Assembly: GCA_040877415.1 (NCBI GenBank)
Contig: JBBDNV010000157.1
Location: 230 to 64,229, forward strand
Length of the DNA stretch: 64,000 bases
Direction of reading: 5' to 3'
Source: Pirellulales bacterium
GTDB taxonomy: Bacteria; Planctomycetota; Planctomycetia; Pirellulales; PALSA-1355
Positions 11,062 through 21,482 of this stretch are shown here, piece after piece. The position numbers were made by a program, and so were the translations under genes. Below the pieces are notes generated by a model. That model saw only the letters and a program-made list of their open reading frames with translations, did no database searches and was not told the DNA's origin. Position 1 is the stretch's first letter. Every line of letters begins with the position of its first letter.

Positions 11062-12921
11062 TCAGGACGAACTCTGCGGCGAACTTTCCGACGGCGCGAG
11101 CCCGTACTGCTTGACCTTATAATACAATGTGGCTCGGCCGATCCCCAGTAGGCCGGCGGCCTCGGGCACGTTGCCGCCGCTGCGGCGCAGCGCTTCGCCG
11201 ATGAGCCGCTTTTCCCAGTATTTGAGCTTGAGCGACTCCATTTCGTCATCGATCGGCTCGTGCAGGCCCAGATCGGGTGCCTTGATTTCGGGACCTTCGG
11301 CCAGCACGACCGCGCTGTCGATCACGTTGCGCAATTGACGCACGTTTCCGGGCCAACCGTAGGCAAGCAGCTTCTCGCGGGCCGCCTTCGAGAGCTGCAA
11401 ACCGGGCCGGCCGTGCTGCCGGCGGAAATGATCGAGGAAGAAGTCGACCATAATCGCGATGTCTTCGCCCCGCTCGCGCAGCGGCGGCGCATTCAGCTCG
11501 AACACGCTCGTGCGGTAAAAGAGATCCTCGCGGAATTTTCGCTCGCGGACGTACGCTTTCAGATCCTGGTTCGTGGCCGTGATCACCCGCACGTCGACGC
11601 TCACTTCCTGCTGAGCGCCGACCGGCAGAAACGGATGGCCTTCGAGTATTCGCAGCAGCTTGGCCTGGCCTTCGAGGGTCATCTCGCCGACTTCATCCAA
11701 GAACAGCGTGCCCTGGTCGGCCTGCTGGAAATAGCCGCTATGATCGCGATCGGCGCCCGTAAAGGCGCCCGCCTTGTGGCCGAACAGTTGGCTGTCCATC
11801 AAGTCGGGGGGAATCGCCGCGCAGTTGACGCACAGCATCGGGCGATCGGCGCGCGAGCTGGCGTGGTGCACCGCGCGGGCGATAAGCTCCTTGCCGGTGC
11901 CGCTTTCGCCCGTGATCAACACGCAGCCGCCGGAGCGGCCGATGCGTTTGATCCGGCTCTTGAGCTCCTGCATCGCCTCGCAGTTGCCGATGATCTCGCC
12001 CGAGTCAGGCAGCTTGGCGACCAGGTTTTGGTAGTCGGTGCTCAGGCTCCGTTCCCGTCGCGCGCGCACGAGCGCCACGGTCGTGATGCTCGCGAGCGAA
12101 ATCGTGAAATCGAAATCGCTTTGGCGAAAGCGGCCGTGCTCAAGGTACACGTGCAGCGCGCCCAGAATCGTGCTCTCGCGCACCAGCGGAACGCACAGCG
12201 CGTCGGCATAGTGTTCCAAGCTGTCGACCGCCTCGCCGGCCCGCTGGTTGGCCACCCAGATCGCCTGTTTCTGCCGGCAGACCATTTCGGTCAGCTCCTT
12301 GCTCAATACGACGCGCTTGGTGCCGTCGGGCGGAATGACGAGCCGCGGCTTCAAGTCCCCCTGGTCGGTCAGCGAGAGAAACCCGACCACCGTGGCGTGC
12401 GTCCACTCCAGCACCAGCTCCAGCGAATTGCGCACCACGTCGTCGGGCAGATCGCAGCCCAACAGCTTGATGCTGAACTGGTAGAGCAGCAGCAATTCCT
12501 GGGCGCGGCGCGAATCGGCCAAGGCCGCCAGTGGCTGGGGCTCAAGGTGCCCGCCGATCATGGGGAAGTTCTTGATGACCGTTTCCGTCAGCGCCCCGTC
12601 GGAGGGCGAGGTGATCGTCGGCGGCTGGTCGGTCTGGTGGAACTCAAACTCCACGCTGCCGATGCGCACCGAGTGGCCTTCCGCCAGCACGGCGTCGTCA
12701 ATCTTCTGATCGTTGACGAACGTGCCGTTGCGGCTCTCGAGGTCGTGAATGTGCCAGGTTCTGTTTTCCTGAACCAGGATGGCGTGCACCCGCGAACAGA
12801 GCGGATCGCCCAGCGTGATGGTGCACTCCGGATCGCGTCCGATGCGATTCTCCTCCGTCGGGTCGAGGAGAAAGCTCGTGCCGGCCCGGCTGCCGACGGT
12901 CATCGTCAGGTAAACGTACAC
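11062..12921 (-). CDS. FHA-GAF-sigma54-dependent transcriptional activator (Fis HTH)
   Basis: FHA (IGRD..SRVHA..DLESRNGTFVN), GAF-like region, GESGTGKE, GAFTGA, FLDEVGEM, WPGNVRQL and C-terminal HTH. GTG start inferred. Confidence 0.9.
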   Translation of the reverse strand: MYVYLTMTVGSRAGTSFLLDPTEENRIGRDPECTITLGDPLCSRVHAILVQENRTWHIHDLESRNGTFVNDQKIDDAVLAEGHSVRIGSVEFEFHQTDQPPTITSPSDGALTETVIKNFPMIGGHLEPQPLAALADSRRAQELLLLYQFSIKLLGCDLPDDVVRNSLELVLEWTHATVVGFLSLTDQGDLKPRLVIPPDGTKRVVLSKELTEMVCRQKQAIWVANQRAGEAVDSLEHYADALCVPLVRESTILGALHVYLEHGRFRQSDFDFTISLASITTVALVRARRERSLSTDYQNLVAKLPDSGEIIGNCEAMQELKSRIKRIGRSGGCVLITGESGTGKELIARAVHHASSRADRPMLCVNCAAIPPDLMDSQLFGHKAGAFTGADRDHSGYFQQADQGTLFLDEVGEMTLEGQAKLLRILEGHPFLPVGAQQEVSVDVRVITATNQDLKAYVRERKFREDLFYRTSVFELNAPPLRERGEDIAIMVDFFLDHFRRQHGRPGLQLSKAAREKLLAYGWPGNVRQLRNVIDSAVVLAEGPEIKAPDLGLHEPIDDEMESLKLKYWEKRLIGEALRRSGGNVPEAAGLLGIGRATLYYKVKQYGLAPSESSPQSSS

Positions 12922-13079
12922 AGCGTGCGCCGTTTGAATCTTAGGGACTCGAGTTAACCGGAAATCCGCTCTGTCAAAGCGCAAGTGCCGCCAGTATAGC
13001 AGGCTCGAAATTGCTCCCACAGCAAACCCCATGCGCGAGCCGGTCGCCTGCTTCAAGCCCGCTTTCCACTTTCCTTACA

Positions 13080-13109
13080 TTGTCTCCTCGACGAGCGTGG
13101 CTTTACAAT
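13080..13109 (+). promoter_or_regulatory. Candidate sigma70 promoter for cbiX
   Basis: TTGTCT-N18-TACAAT. Confidence 0.35.
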
Positions 13110-13220
13110 AAGCTGCTTGAGCCGGCCACCATCTGTCTGGCGGTTCGGCAACATCAACGCGGCGGGAAAGGGGGGCCGGAGCCGGTCGCCATGGCGGGTT
13201 TTTCGATCCCAACGGCAATC

Positions 13221-14018
13221 ATGTCCACGTCAAACGCCGGTTTCCATTGGCCTCCCGATACCGGGTTGCTCTTGGTCGGCCACGGCTCGCGCGAACCAAC
13301 GGGCGTCCGTGAGTTTCTGGCCACCACCGGACTCGTGGCCGGGATGGCTGCGCAATTGACGGTCGAGCCGTGCTTTCTGGAGTTTGCCGAGCCGGCGATC
13401 GCCGACGGTTTCCGGACGCTCGTGCGCCGCGGCGCGCGGCGCATCGTCGTCGTGCCCGTGCTGCTCTTTTCGGCCGGACATGCCAAGCGCGATATTCCCG
13501 CGGCCGTCGCCGCGGCTGCCGCGGGGGAAACATCCGTTAACGTGCTCGAGAGCGATCATCTGGGTTGCCACGAGGCGATCTTGGAGCTCTCGCGGTTGCG
13601 CTATGACCAGGCGATCGCCGAGCACGCAGCCGCCGGCGATGACGAGACGGTGCTCGTCATGGTGGGCCGCGGAAGCCACGATCGCCAGGCCACCGCCGAA
13701 ATGCGCCGTTTCGTCGAATTGCGCGGCCGAGCCGCGCGGGTGCCGCGCGCCCGTGCGTGCTTTGTCGCCATGGCCGAACCACGATTAGCCGACGTGCTCG
13801 ACGAGGCCGCCTTGTGCGGCGTCAAACAGATTGTCGTCGAGCCGCATCTGCTCTTCGGCGGCGTGCTCGTGGACCGCGTCCGCCGGACGGTCGCAGAGTA
13901 TGCGGGCCGATATCCCCGGATCCGGTGGGTGACCACGGGGCATTTGGGCCCGTCGGAGCTTGTCGCCAGGGCCATTCTATGCCGCGCCAGGGAAACGCTG
14001 TCACGCTCGGAAGCTTGA
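13221..14018 (+). CDS. cbiX: Sirohydrochlorin chelatase, CbiX/SirB family (start could be 13191)
   Basis: LLVGHGSR, CFLEFAEP, VPVLLFSAGHAKRDIP; second domain VGRGS..EPHLLFGG. Confidence 0.85.
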   Translation: MSTSNAGFHWPPDTGLLLVGHGSREPTGVREFLATTGLVAGMAAQLTVEPCFLEFAEPAIADGFRTLVRRGARRIVVVPVLLFSAGHAKRDIPAAVAAAAAGETSVNVLESDHLGCHEAILELSRLRYDQAIAEHAAAGDDETVLVMVGRGSHDRQATAEMRRFVELRGRAARVPRARACFVAMAEPRLADVLDEAALCGVKQIVVEPHLLFGGVLVDRVRRTVAEYAGRYPRIRWVTTGHLGPSELVARAILCRARETLSRSEA

Positions 14019-14343
14019 CAACACGCGGCCCTCAGTCCCCGTCCCGCCGGCCAGAGCGGTGGCTAACGCAAGGCAGTTAATCGCTACAGTCGGTCAATTC
14101 GCGCGGATCATTCACTCAGGAAATGCTGAGCTTCGACCGATCAAAAACTCAGCGGCCCGCCGCAAGGTCGCATGGGCAACAGCAGTCCTGTCACGTCTTT
14201 CGATCCCGGCCGATTTTATGCCCGCGCGACCCAAGTTCACGTTGGCGTCGTAGGAATCCAGTGAAGCGCAATGGCTTAAGACGCGTGGCTTGGGAAGTTC
14301 GATCCGGCTGTTGTGGCCAACAAGTTGGGGACGATAGGTGATA

Positions 14344-14372
14344 TTGCATTGCCGAGCCGCGGCGTATACGAT
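14344..14372 (+). promoter_or_regulatory. Candidate sigma70 promoter for prc
   Basis: TTGCAT-N17-TACGAT, about 60 bp upstream of the start. Confidence 0.4.
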
Positions 14373-14431
14373 CTGTTTAAACCTTTTCGATTGCGGAACT
14401 TAGGTTTTCTAAAAAGAATCTCCGAGGGATT

Positions 14432-16528
14432 GTGATGAGCCGACTCTCCGCCGTAACTATCGGTTTGCGAAGCCCGAGATGGACGTTTGGTGCCCTGGTG
14501 GTGGCGGCGCTTTCAGGTGCCGTGCTGGTGTCGGGCCGGCCGAGTTGGGCCGAGCCGACCGGTCCCGCCGCGGCGGACAAGCACATTACGCATGCCATCA
14601 CGGTCTTGATGAACCACGAGCACCTGACGCGGCATCCGCTGGACAACGAGATCAGCGGCCGGTGGCTCGACAACTACCTGAAGATGCTTGATCCGCGCAA
14701 AGTATTCTTCACCGAGAGCGACGTCGACAATTGGATGGCCTATCGCAGCCAACTGGACGACATGGCGTTGCGCGGCGACACGTCGTTCGCCTATCGCGTG
14801 TTCGGCCAATTCCTCGAGCGCATCGACGAACGGGTCAAGCTGGCCAAGGAACTGGTTTATGAACCGCACGACTTTGTGATCGACGAGGCGATGGACACGG
14901 ACGCCGACGCGGTTGCATACGCGAAAAACGACGCGGAAATGCGCGACCGCTGGCGCAAGCGGGTCAAATTCGAGCTGCTGGACCTGGAAGTCGAGAAAAA
15001 ACTGACCGGCAAGGAGGCCCAGGAAAAGATCGCCAAGCGCTACCAGAACCTTTCCAAGCGGATGCGGCAGACCGACAACGACGAGCTGTTGGAGATGTAC
15101 CTGACGGCGCTGACCACGGCCTACGATCCGCACACGGCCTACATGTCTCCCAGCACCCTGGAGAACTTCGAGATCCAGATGCGGCTCAACCTGGAAGGCA
15201 TCGGCGCGGCGCTCGAGGCCCCCGATGGTGAAACGGTGGTCAAAAGGGTCATCCCCGGCGGCGCGGCGGCCAAGGACGGCCGGCTCAAAATGGACGATCG
15301 CATCATCGGCGTCGGGCAGGGAATCGATGGTCCGATCGTCGACGTCAGCGATATGAAGCTGAATGACGTCGTCAAGCTCATCCGCGGCCACCAGGGCACC
15401 ACGGTGCGGCTGCAGGTGGTGCCCGAGGGCGAAAAAGACGCCAAGATTTACGCCATCGAGCGGGCGCAGGTCGCGCTGACCGACAGCGAGGCCCGCAGCG
15501 TCATTTTCGAAGCCGGCAAGAAGGCGAACGGGTCGCCGTACAAGGTCGGCGTTATCAATTTGCCCAGTTTCTACATGGACATGGAAGCCGCCCGCAGCGG
15601 CCGCGACGATTTCAAAAGCACCACGCGCGACGTGGCCGGGTTGCTCGAGAAGTTCAAGGCCGAAAACGTCGACGCCGTCGTGCTCGATCTGCACTTAAAC
15701 GGCGGCGGCTCGCTCACCGAATCGATCAACCTGACGGGGCTGTTCATCGACACCGGCCCGGTCGTGCAGGTGAAGGACATCGACGGTCAAAAGACCCAAT
15801 ATGACGATACCGAGCGCGGCCTGGCCTGGAGCGGGCCGCTGGTCGTGCTCACGAGCAAGTTCAGCGCCAGCGCCAGCGAAATCTTCGCCGGAGCCATTCA
15901 AGATTACAAGCGCGGGATCGTCGTCGGCGACACGGCCACCCACGGCAAGGGCACCGTGCAGAGCCTGTTGGATTTGAGCCAGAAAATGTTCCGCGGCGTG
16001 AGAAACGCGCCGCAGTTGGGCGCATTGAAGATCACGATGCAGCAGTTCTACCGCCCCGACGGCGACAGCACGCAAAACCGCGGAGTGTTGGCCGATATCG
16101 TGCTCCCTTCGCTGATCAGCCAGTTGGACGTGGGCGAATCGAGCCTCGACTACGCGATGAAGTTCGATCACGTCGACCCGGCGGAGCACTCCAGGTACAG
16201 TATGGTCGACGATCGCATCGTCCAGGAGCTGCGCAAACTCTCCGGCCAGCGCCGCGACAGCTCGGGGGACTTTCAAAAGCTGACGCACGACATCGAGCGA
16301 TTCAACACGCTCAAGGATCGCAAGAGCATCTCCCTCAACCGGGAAAAGTTCATCGCCGACAAGAGTGAGTTGACGCCCGAAAAACAGGAGGAAAAGGAGT
16401 TCGAGGAACTCAACGATCCGAACCGCCCGGTCGTTAAACGCGACTACTACTTCAACGAAGTGCTCGACATTACCGCCGACTACGCCCGGTTGCTCGCAGC
16501 CCCGCAAGCCGCCGCGGTTGAGCGGTGA
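14432..16528 (+). CDS. prc: Tail-specific (carboxy-terminal processing) protease, S41
   Basis: Signal peptide, YDPHTAYMSP, LEGIGAAL (PDZ), NGGGSL, SASASEIFAGAIQDY, THGKGTVQ and QFYRPDGDSTQNRGV. Confidence 0.93.
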   Translation: MMSRLSAVTIGLRSPRWTFGALVVAALSGAVLVSGRPSWAEPTGPAAADKHITHAITVLMNHEHLTRHPLDNEISGRWLDNYLKMLDPRKVFFTESDVDNWMAYRSQLDDMALRGDTSFAYRVFGQFLERIDERVKLAKELVYEPHDFVIDEAMDTDADAVAYAKNDAEMRDRWRKRVKFELLDLEVEKKLTGKEAQEKIAKRYQNLSKRMRQTDNDELLEMYLTALTTAYDPHTAYMSPSTLENFEIQMRLNLEGIGAALEAPDGETVVKRVIPGGAAAKDGRLKMDDRIIGVGQGIDGPIVDVSDMKLNDVVKLIRGHQGTTVRLQVVPEGEKDAKIYAIERAQVALTDSEARSVIFEAGKKANGSPYKVGVINLPSFYMDMEAARSGRDDFKSTTRDVAGLLEKFKAENVDAVVLDLHLNGGGSLTESINLTGLFIDTGPVVQVKDIDGQKTQYDDTERGLAWSGPLVVLTSKFSASASEIFAGAIQDYKRGIVVGDTATHGKGTVQSLLDLSQKMFRGVRNAPQLGALKITMQQFYRPDGDSTQNRGVLADIVLPSLISQLDVGESSLDYAMKFDHVDPAEHSRYSMVDDRIVQELRKLSGQRRDSSGDFQKLTHDIERFNTLKDRKSISLNREKFIADKSELTPEKQEEKEFEELNDPNRPVVKRDYYFNEVLDITADYARLLAAPQAAAVER

Positions 16529-16559
16529 GCAGGGGAGCCGACGTCACGCCGATCATCCC

Positions 16560-16592
16560 AAAGGCCCGGAGAAAACCTCCCCGGGCCCTTTC
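16560..16592. terminator. Probable bidirectional intrinsic terminator between convergent genes
   Basis: AAAGGCCCGGAGAAAACCTCCCCGGGCCCTTT hairpin with A/T flanks. Confidence 0.55.
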
Positions 16593-16619
16593 ATTGCGCG
16601 GTTGAAATGCGCGCGTGGT

Positions 16620-17423
16620 TCACGTCAGCCGAATGCGCAGCCCGTCGTAGGCCAACTCCATGCCCGCGGGCAGCGACGCGTTCGCGGCGTCGTGCTCCAG
16701 GTCGTGCGACATGTGCGTGAAGTAAGTTCGCTTCGGCTCGAGGCTGCGGGCCGCTTCCACCGCTTCGTCGAGACTGAAGTGCGTCGGGTGCGGCTTATGG
16801 CGCAAGGCGTCGATCACCAACACGTCGAGTCCCAAAAGCAACGCCCGGCTTTCCGGCGGAATGCCGTTGGTGTCGGTGCAGTAAGCAACGTTGCCAAAGC
16901 GAAAGCCCAAGACTTCGAACTTGCCGTGCGCAAGGCGGATCGGAATCACGCGGGCCCCCAGCACGTCGAACGGCTCGGTCGAGATCCGTCGAAACTCGAT
17001 CTGCGGCACGCCGCCGCCGTAGTACGGCGCGGCTTGCACAAACGCGTAGTCGAACGACTTGCGGATCCGCGCCTCGACTTGTTCCTCGCAATACACCGGC
17101 ATCGGATGGCCCAGGTAGTACGGAAACAGGCGCAGATCGTCCAGTCCAAAGACGTGGTCGGCATGGTCGTGCGTGAAGAGCGTCGCGTGCACCAGCCCGA
17201 TCTTCTCCCGCAGCAATTGCGTGCGCAGGTCCGGGGGCGTGTCGACCAGCAGCGTCCCGTCCGGCAGCCCCACGACGAGTGCGCATCGCAGTCGTTGATT
17301 GCGGGGGTTCGGGCTGGTGCACGTCGGGCATCCGCAGCCGAGCACCGGCACCCCGACGGATGTACCGGTGCCCAAGAACACCATTTCGCCGCGCACGTCA
17401 GTCGTCACGACAGCTTTAGCCAA
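16620..17423 (-). CDS. MBL-fold metallo-hydrolase, PhnP/YycJ-like phosphodiesterase
   Basis: FLGTGTSVGVP, CGCPTC, THDHADHVFGLDDLR, AYCTD, THF and THMSH. Confidence 0.88.
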   Translation of the reverse strand: MAKAVVTTDVRGEMVFLGTGTSVGVPVLGCGCPTCTSPNPRNQRLRCALVVGLPDGTLLVDTPPDLRTQLLREKIGLVHATLFTHDHADHVFGLDDLRLFPYYLGHPMPVYCEEQVEARIRKSFDYAFVQAAPYYGGGVPQIEFRRISTEPFDVLGARVIPIRLAHGKFEVLGFRFGNVAYCTDTNGIPPESRALLLGLDVLVIDALRHKPHPTHFSLDEAVEAARSLEPKRTYFTHMSHDLEHDAANASLPAGMELAYDGLRIRLT

Positions 17424-17526
17424 GGCGATTCGAAGGGGGTAGTTGCAATGGGGTGGATACGACAGCGAAAAGACTTGCGGCTGCTGGCGCTTGGCGCAAT
17501 GCGCCAGCAGGGGCGAACAACCGTTA

Positions 17527-17555
17527 TTGACCCTTCGTAATAATCGTTATAAATT
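17527..17555 (+). promoter_or_regulatory. Candidate sigma70 promoter for secA, in an AT-rich divergent region
   Basis: TTGACC-N17-TAAATT. Confidence 0.45.
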
Positions 17556-17681
17556 ATGGTGCTTACGAATCTTACGCTTCTTGAACCGGCACTGGCGAAG
17601 GTCGCCAGCCGGCGCGTCGCAGCCACTGGTGCGCGTCGCCGTTGCTAGGTCGACCGCCCGGCACTTTTTCCAGGCCCTGTT

Positions 17682-20600
17682 ATGGAACTGTTGGAACAGA
17701 TTTGGGAAGCCATTGGCGGCTTTTTCGCCTCGCTGGCCAGCGGGATCGAACGGGGGATCACCTCGCTGTTCGGCTCGTCCAATGCCAGATATATCAAGAA
17801 GTTACAGCCCGATGTCGATGCGATCAACGCCCTGGAACCAAAATTCCAGGCGATGACGGACGAGGAGCTCAAGGGCCAGACCCCATTATTTCGCCAGCGG
17901 CTGGCCGAGGGCGAAACGCCCGATCAGCTCTTGGTCGAAGCCTTTGCCGCTGCCCGCGAGAGCGGAATCCGCTACCTGGGCATGCGGCATTACGACGTGC
18001 AACTGATGGGCGGCATGATCCTGCACGCCGGCAACATCGCCGAAATGGTGACCGGCGAAGGCAAGACCCTGGTGGCCACGCTGCCGGCCTATCTCAATGC
18101 ACTGACCGGAAAAGGCGTGCACGTCGTCACGGTGAACGACTACCTGGCCCGCCGCGACATGGAGTGGATGGGTCCCTTGTACATCGGTCTGGGGATGACC
18201 GTGGGCAACATCCAAAGCGGCATGGACTCGGGCGAGCGGCAAAAGTCGTATGCCTGCGACATTACGTACGGCACGAACAACGAGTTCGGTTTCGACTACC
18301 TGCGCGACAATATGCGGCCGGCCGCCCGCGACGACGATCGCTATCCCAAGCAGTTTCAGCAGTCGCAGGGCAGGCTGAACTACGCGATTATCGACGAAGT
18401 CGACAACATTCTGATCGACGAGGCCCGCACTCCGTTGATCATCGCCGGGCCGGCGCACGACGATGTGAGCCGCTACAGTCGCGCGGACAAGATCGCGCGG
18501 CAATTGACGAAGGACGAACACTTCGAGGTCAAGGAAAAGGAACACTCCGTCCACCTGACCGACGAGGGAGTGCGGGCGGCCGAGAAAATCGCGGGCGTGG
18601 AGAGCTTCTACACGTCCGGCAACATGGAATGGCCCCATTTGATCGACAATGCGCTCAAGGCCCACCATCTGTACAAGCGCGACGTGAACTACGTCGAAAT
18701 GGACGGCGAGATCGTCATCGTCGACGAGTTCACCGGCCGCTTGATGCCCGGCCGCAATTGGAGCGACGGGCTGCACCAGGCCGTGGAGGCCAAAGAGGGC
18801 GTCAAGGTCAAGGAAGAGAACCAGACGCTGGCCACGATCACGCTGCAGAATTTCTTCAAGCTGTACGAAAAAATCTGCGGCATGACCGGCACGGCCATGA
18901 CCGAAGCCAGCGAATTCTGGAAAATCTACAAGCTCGACGTGATCACGGTTCCCACCAACCGGCCGCTCAAGCGGACCAACAATCCCGACGTCATCTTGCG
19001 CTCCGAACGCGAAAAGTTCAACGCCATCGCCGAGGAGATCGAGCTCTTGCACCGTTGGGACGTGGTGGAACTGACGGACCGCACCGAGCAAATTGGCACG
19101 ATCACGGCCGAAACTTCCGACTCGATCGAATTGCGGCTTCGCGAAGGAAGCAAACAGCGCGAAATCATTCCCCGCTCGAACATCAAAAACGTCCAAACAC
19201 GCGGCCGCCCGGTGCTGGTCGGAACCGTCTCGATCGAAAAGAGCGAACGCCTGTCGGCGATGCTCGAAAAACGCGGCATCAAGCACGAGGTCTTGAACGC
19301 CAAGCACCACAAGCGCGAGGCCGAAATCGTCGCCCAGGCCGGACGCAAAAACTCCGTCACCATCGCCACCAACATGGCCGGCCGCGGCACCGACATCGTC
19401 CTCGGCGGCAACCCGGAAACCATGGCCTGGGCCCTGCTCCAGGACAAGTACGCCACGCGCCTCGACGTTCCGCACGAGGAGTGGAGCACGCTGGTGAAGC
19501 AGATCGAAGAACGCGAAAAGATGAAGGCCGAGGGCCAGGACGTCGTCGCCCTCGGCGGTTTGCACATCATCGGCACCGAGCGCCACGAAGCACGGCGAAT
19601 CGACCTGCAATTGCGGGGCCGCTGCGGCCGGCAGGGCGATCCGGGTTCGAGCCGCTTCTACCTTTCGCTGGAAGACGACCTGATGCGCATCTTCGCCGGC
19701 GAATGGGTCAAGAACATCTGGACCCGGCTGGGAATCCAGGAAGGCGAAGCCATCACCAGCCGCATGGTCAGCCGCCGCGTCGAGGGCGCGCAGAAAAAAG
19801 TCGAGGAACGAAACTTCGAGATCCGCAAAAACCTGCTCGAATACGACGAGGTGATGGACGAGCAGCGCAAGCGCATCTATGGATATCGCCAGCGAATCCT
19901 CGACGGCGCCAACTGCAAGCAGTTGATCCTCGAAATGATCGACGACCAGGTGAACCATCACCTCGACGAATTCCTGGCCGCCAACTACAGCATCGACACG
20001 TTTGCCGAGTGGGTCAGCGGCCGGCTCGCGATGGAGTTCGATCCGGGCGACTGTCGCGGGCTCGATTTCGAGGGCGCCTCGCGGTTTGCCAAGGACGAAG
20101 CCGAGCGGATGGCCGAAAATCAGATCTACGAGGCCATCGAGGAGAACTTGCCTGAGGACGAAGATCCGCGCGAATGGAACTGGGAAGCTCTGGCCAAGAC
20201 GTTCAACACGCGCTGGAAGTTGAACCTGCGCGATCGCGATCTGAAGAAGATCGAAGATCGCGGCCACCTGGCCGAAATGGTCCTCGAGAAGGCACGCGAG
20301 GCCATCGCCGCGGTCGACTTGAGCGAAGGTGCCCCCTTCCTCGAGGAAAACTTTTCGGTGCGCTCGGCCTGCGCCTGGGTGCAGTACAAGTTCGGCATCG
20401 TGCTCGACCCCGAGGAAATGAGGTCGCTCGAGGCCGAACCGTTCAAAGTGCGCATTCGCGAGCGGGCCGCCGCGGTCTACGAGGAGCGCGAGGTCGAATA
20501 CCCAGTGCTGCTGGGCCTGTCGCGCTTCACCGCCCCGGATGCCAACGGCCACAAGCGCATCGATCGCGAAGCTCTGGCCGCTTGGGCCCGTCAGCGGTTC

Positions 20601-21380
20601 GGCGTCGAATTGGACATCGAAGACCTCAAGAGCCGGCAGCGCGAAGAAATCCGCGGCCTGCTGGTCGAACACAGCCGCGCGCAGCAAAAGCAAGCCGTCG
20701 CCGCCTTGGCCGAAGCGCAGCACCACGTTGAAAACCTGTTCAACGGCGCCGGTGCCGGCGAAACGGCCGCGATTGCCAGTGGCGGAAACGGAGCTTTGAC
20801 GTCGCTCGCCGCGTGGCTGCGCAGCAGCCTGCACCTCGAATTGTCGCCTGAGAAACTGGCGCGGCTCAATCGCGAGCAACTCGAGCGGCGGTTGGAAATG
20901 GCCGTCGAGGACCGCTACCGGCCCGAGATGCGGCAAATGGAGCGGTTGGTGCTATTGGACATCCTCGATACGGCCTGGAAGGACCATCTGCTGACGATGG
21001 ACCACCTGCGCTCCAGCGTCGGCTTGCGCGGCTATGCCCAGGTCGATCCCAAGGTGGAGTACAAGCGGGAAGGCATGCGGACGTTCGAGCGAATGTGGAA
21101 TTCCGCGGCCGAGCAGGTGACCGACCTGGTGTTTCGCGTGGAACAAGTCGACGCCGCGGTCAAGTCCCGCTTTGTCGAAAGCGAAGCCATTCACGAGGAA
21201 TCGCCCGGCGCCGCGGCCATCGCCGACCAGCAGCAAGCCGCGATCGACGCCACGCAAACCGACAAGAAAACCGAACCGATCCGCAATCGCGGCCAGCGCG
21301 TGGGCCGCAACGAACCTTGCCCCTGCGGCAGCGGAAAAAAATTCAAGAACTGCTGCATGCGAAAGGGTGGCGTTGCCTGA
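17682..21380 (+). CDS. secA: Preprotein translocase ATPase SecA (long, 1232 aa)
   Basis: MRHYDVQLMGG, EMVTGEGKTL, IIDEVDNILIDEARTPLII, ATNMAGRGTDI, QLRGRCGRQGDPG and SEC-C motif GRNEPCPCGSGKKFKNCC. Confidence 0.98.
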   Translation: MELLEQIWEAIGGFFASLASGIERGITSLFGSSNARYIKKLQPDVDAINALEPKFQAMTDEELKGQTPLFRQRLAEGETPDQLLVEAFAAARESGIRYLGMRHYDVQLMGGMILHAGNIAEMVTGEGKTLVATLPAYLNALTGKGVHVVTVNDYLARRDMEWMGPLYIGLGMTVGNIQSGMDSGERQKSYACDITYGTNNEFGFDYLRDNMRPAARDDDRYPKQFQQSQGRLNYAIIDEVDNILIDEARTPLIIAGPAHDDVSRYSRADKIARQLTKDEHFEVKEKEHSVHLTDEGVRAAEKIAGVESFYTSGNMEWPHLIDNALKAHHLYKRDVNYVEMDGEIVIVDEFTGRLMPGRNWSDGLHQAVEAKEGVKVKEENQTLATITLQNFFKLYEKICGMTGTAMTEASEFWKIYKLDVITVPTNRPLKRTNNPDVILRSEREKFNAIAEEIELLHRWDVVELTDRTEQIGTITAETSDSIELRLREGSKQREIIPRSNIKNVQTRGRPVLVGTVSIEKSERLSAMLEKRGIKHEVLNAKHHKREAEIVAQAGRKNSVTIATNMAGRGTDIVLGGNPETMAWALLQDKYATRLDVPHEEWSTLVKQIEEREKMKAEGQDVVALGGLHIIGTERHEARRIDLQLRGRCGRQGDPGSSRFYLSLEDDLMRIFAGEWVKNIWTRLGIQEGEAITSRMVSRRVEGAQKKVEERNFEIRKNLLEYDEVMDEQRKRIYGYRQRILDGANCKQLILEMIDDQVNHHLDEFLAANYSIDTFAEWVSGRLAMEFDPGDCRGLDFEGASRFAKDEAERMAENQIYEAIEENLPEDEDPREWNWEALAKTFNTRWKLNLRDRDLKKIEDRGHLAEMVLEKAREAIAAVDLSEGAPFLEENFSVRSACAWVQYKFGIVLDPEEMRSLEAEPFKVRIRERAAAVYEEREVEYPVLLGLSRFTAPDANGHKRIDREALAAWARQRFGVELDIEDLKSRQREEIRGLLVEHSRAQQKQAVAALAEAQHHVENLFNGAGAGETAAIASGGNGALTSLAAWLRSSLHLELSPEKLARLNREQLERRLEMAVEDRYRPEMRQMERLVLLDILDTAWKDHLLTMDHLRSSVGLRGYAQVDPKVEYKREGMRTFERMWNSAAEQVTDLVFRVEQVDAAVKSRFVESEAIHEESPGAAAIADQQQAAIDATQTDKKTEPIRNRGQRVGRNEPCPCGSGKKFKNCCMRKGGVA

Positions 21381-21394
21381 CGCGTTTGCCAATC

Positions 21395-21459
21395 GGGTGC
21401 CACGGGTGGCTCGTCCACCCGTGCTGCCGACACTGCTTGACAAGCAAGCAGTGGCACCG
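21395..21459. repeat. REP doublet, family B (GGTGCCAC...GTGGCACC)
   Basis: gggtgccacgggtggctcgtccacccgtg...cactgcttgacaagcaagcagtggcacc: two hairpins enclosed by inverted GGTGCCAC ends. Confidence 0.65.
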
Positions 21460-21482
21460 GCAACGGGAAAGGAGTCCCTCGA

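Noticed and set aside
12930-13220. Cobalamin riboswitch upstream of cbiX
   Set aside because: No recognisable B12-box core; the region looks like a divergent promoter.
17886-20936. 1016-aa antisense ORF, and the 837-aa alternative-frame ORF at 17642-20155, over secA
   Set aside because: Shadow ORFs expected from high-GC codon bias; no motifs, and they overlap an unambiguous gene.
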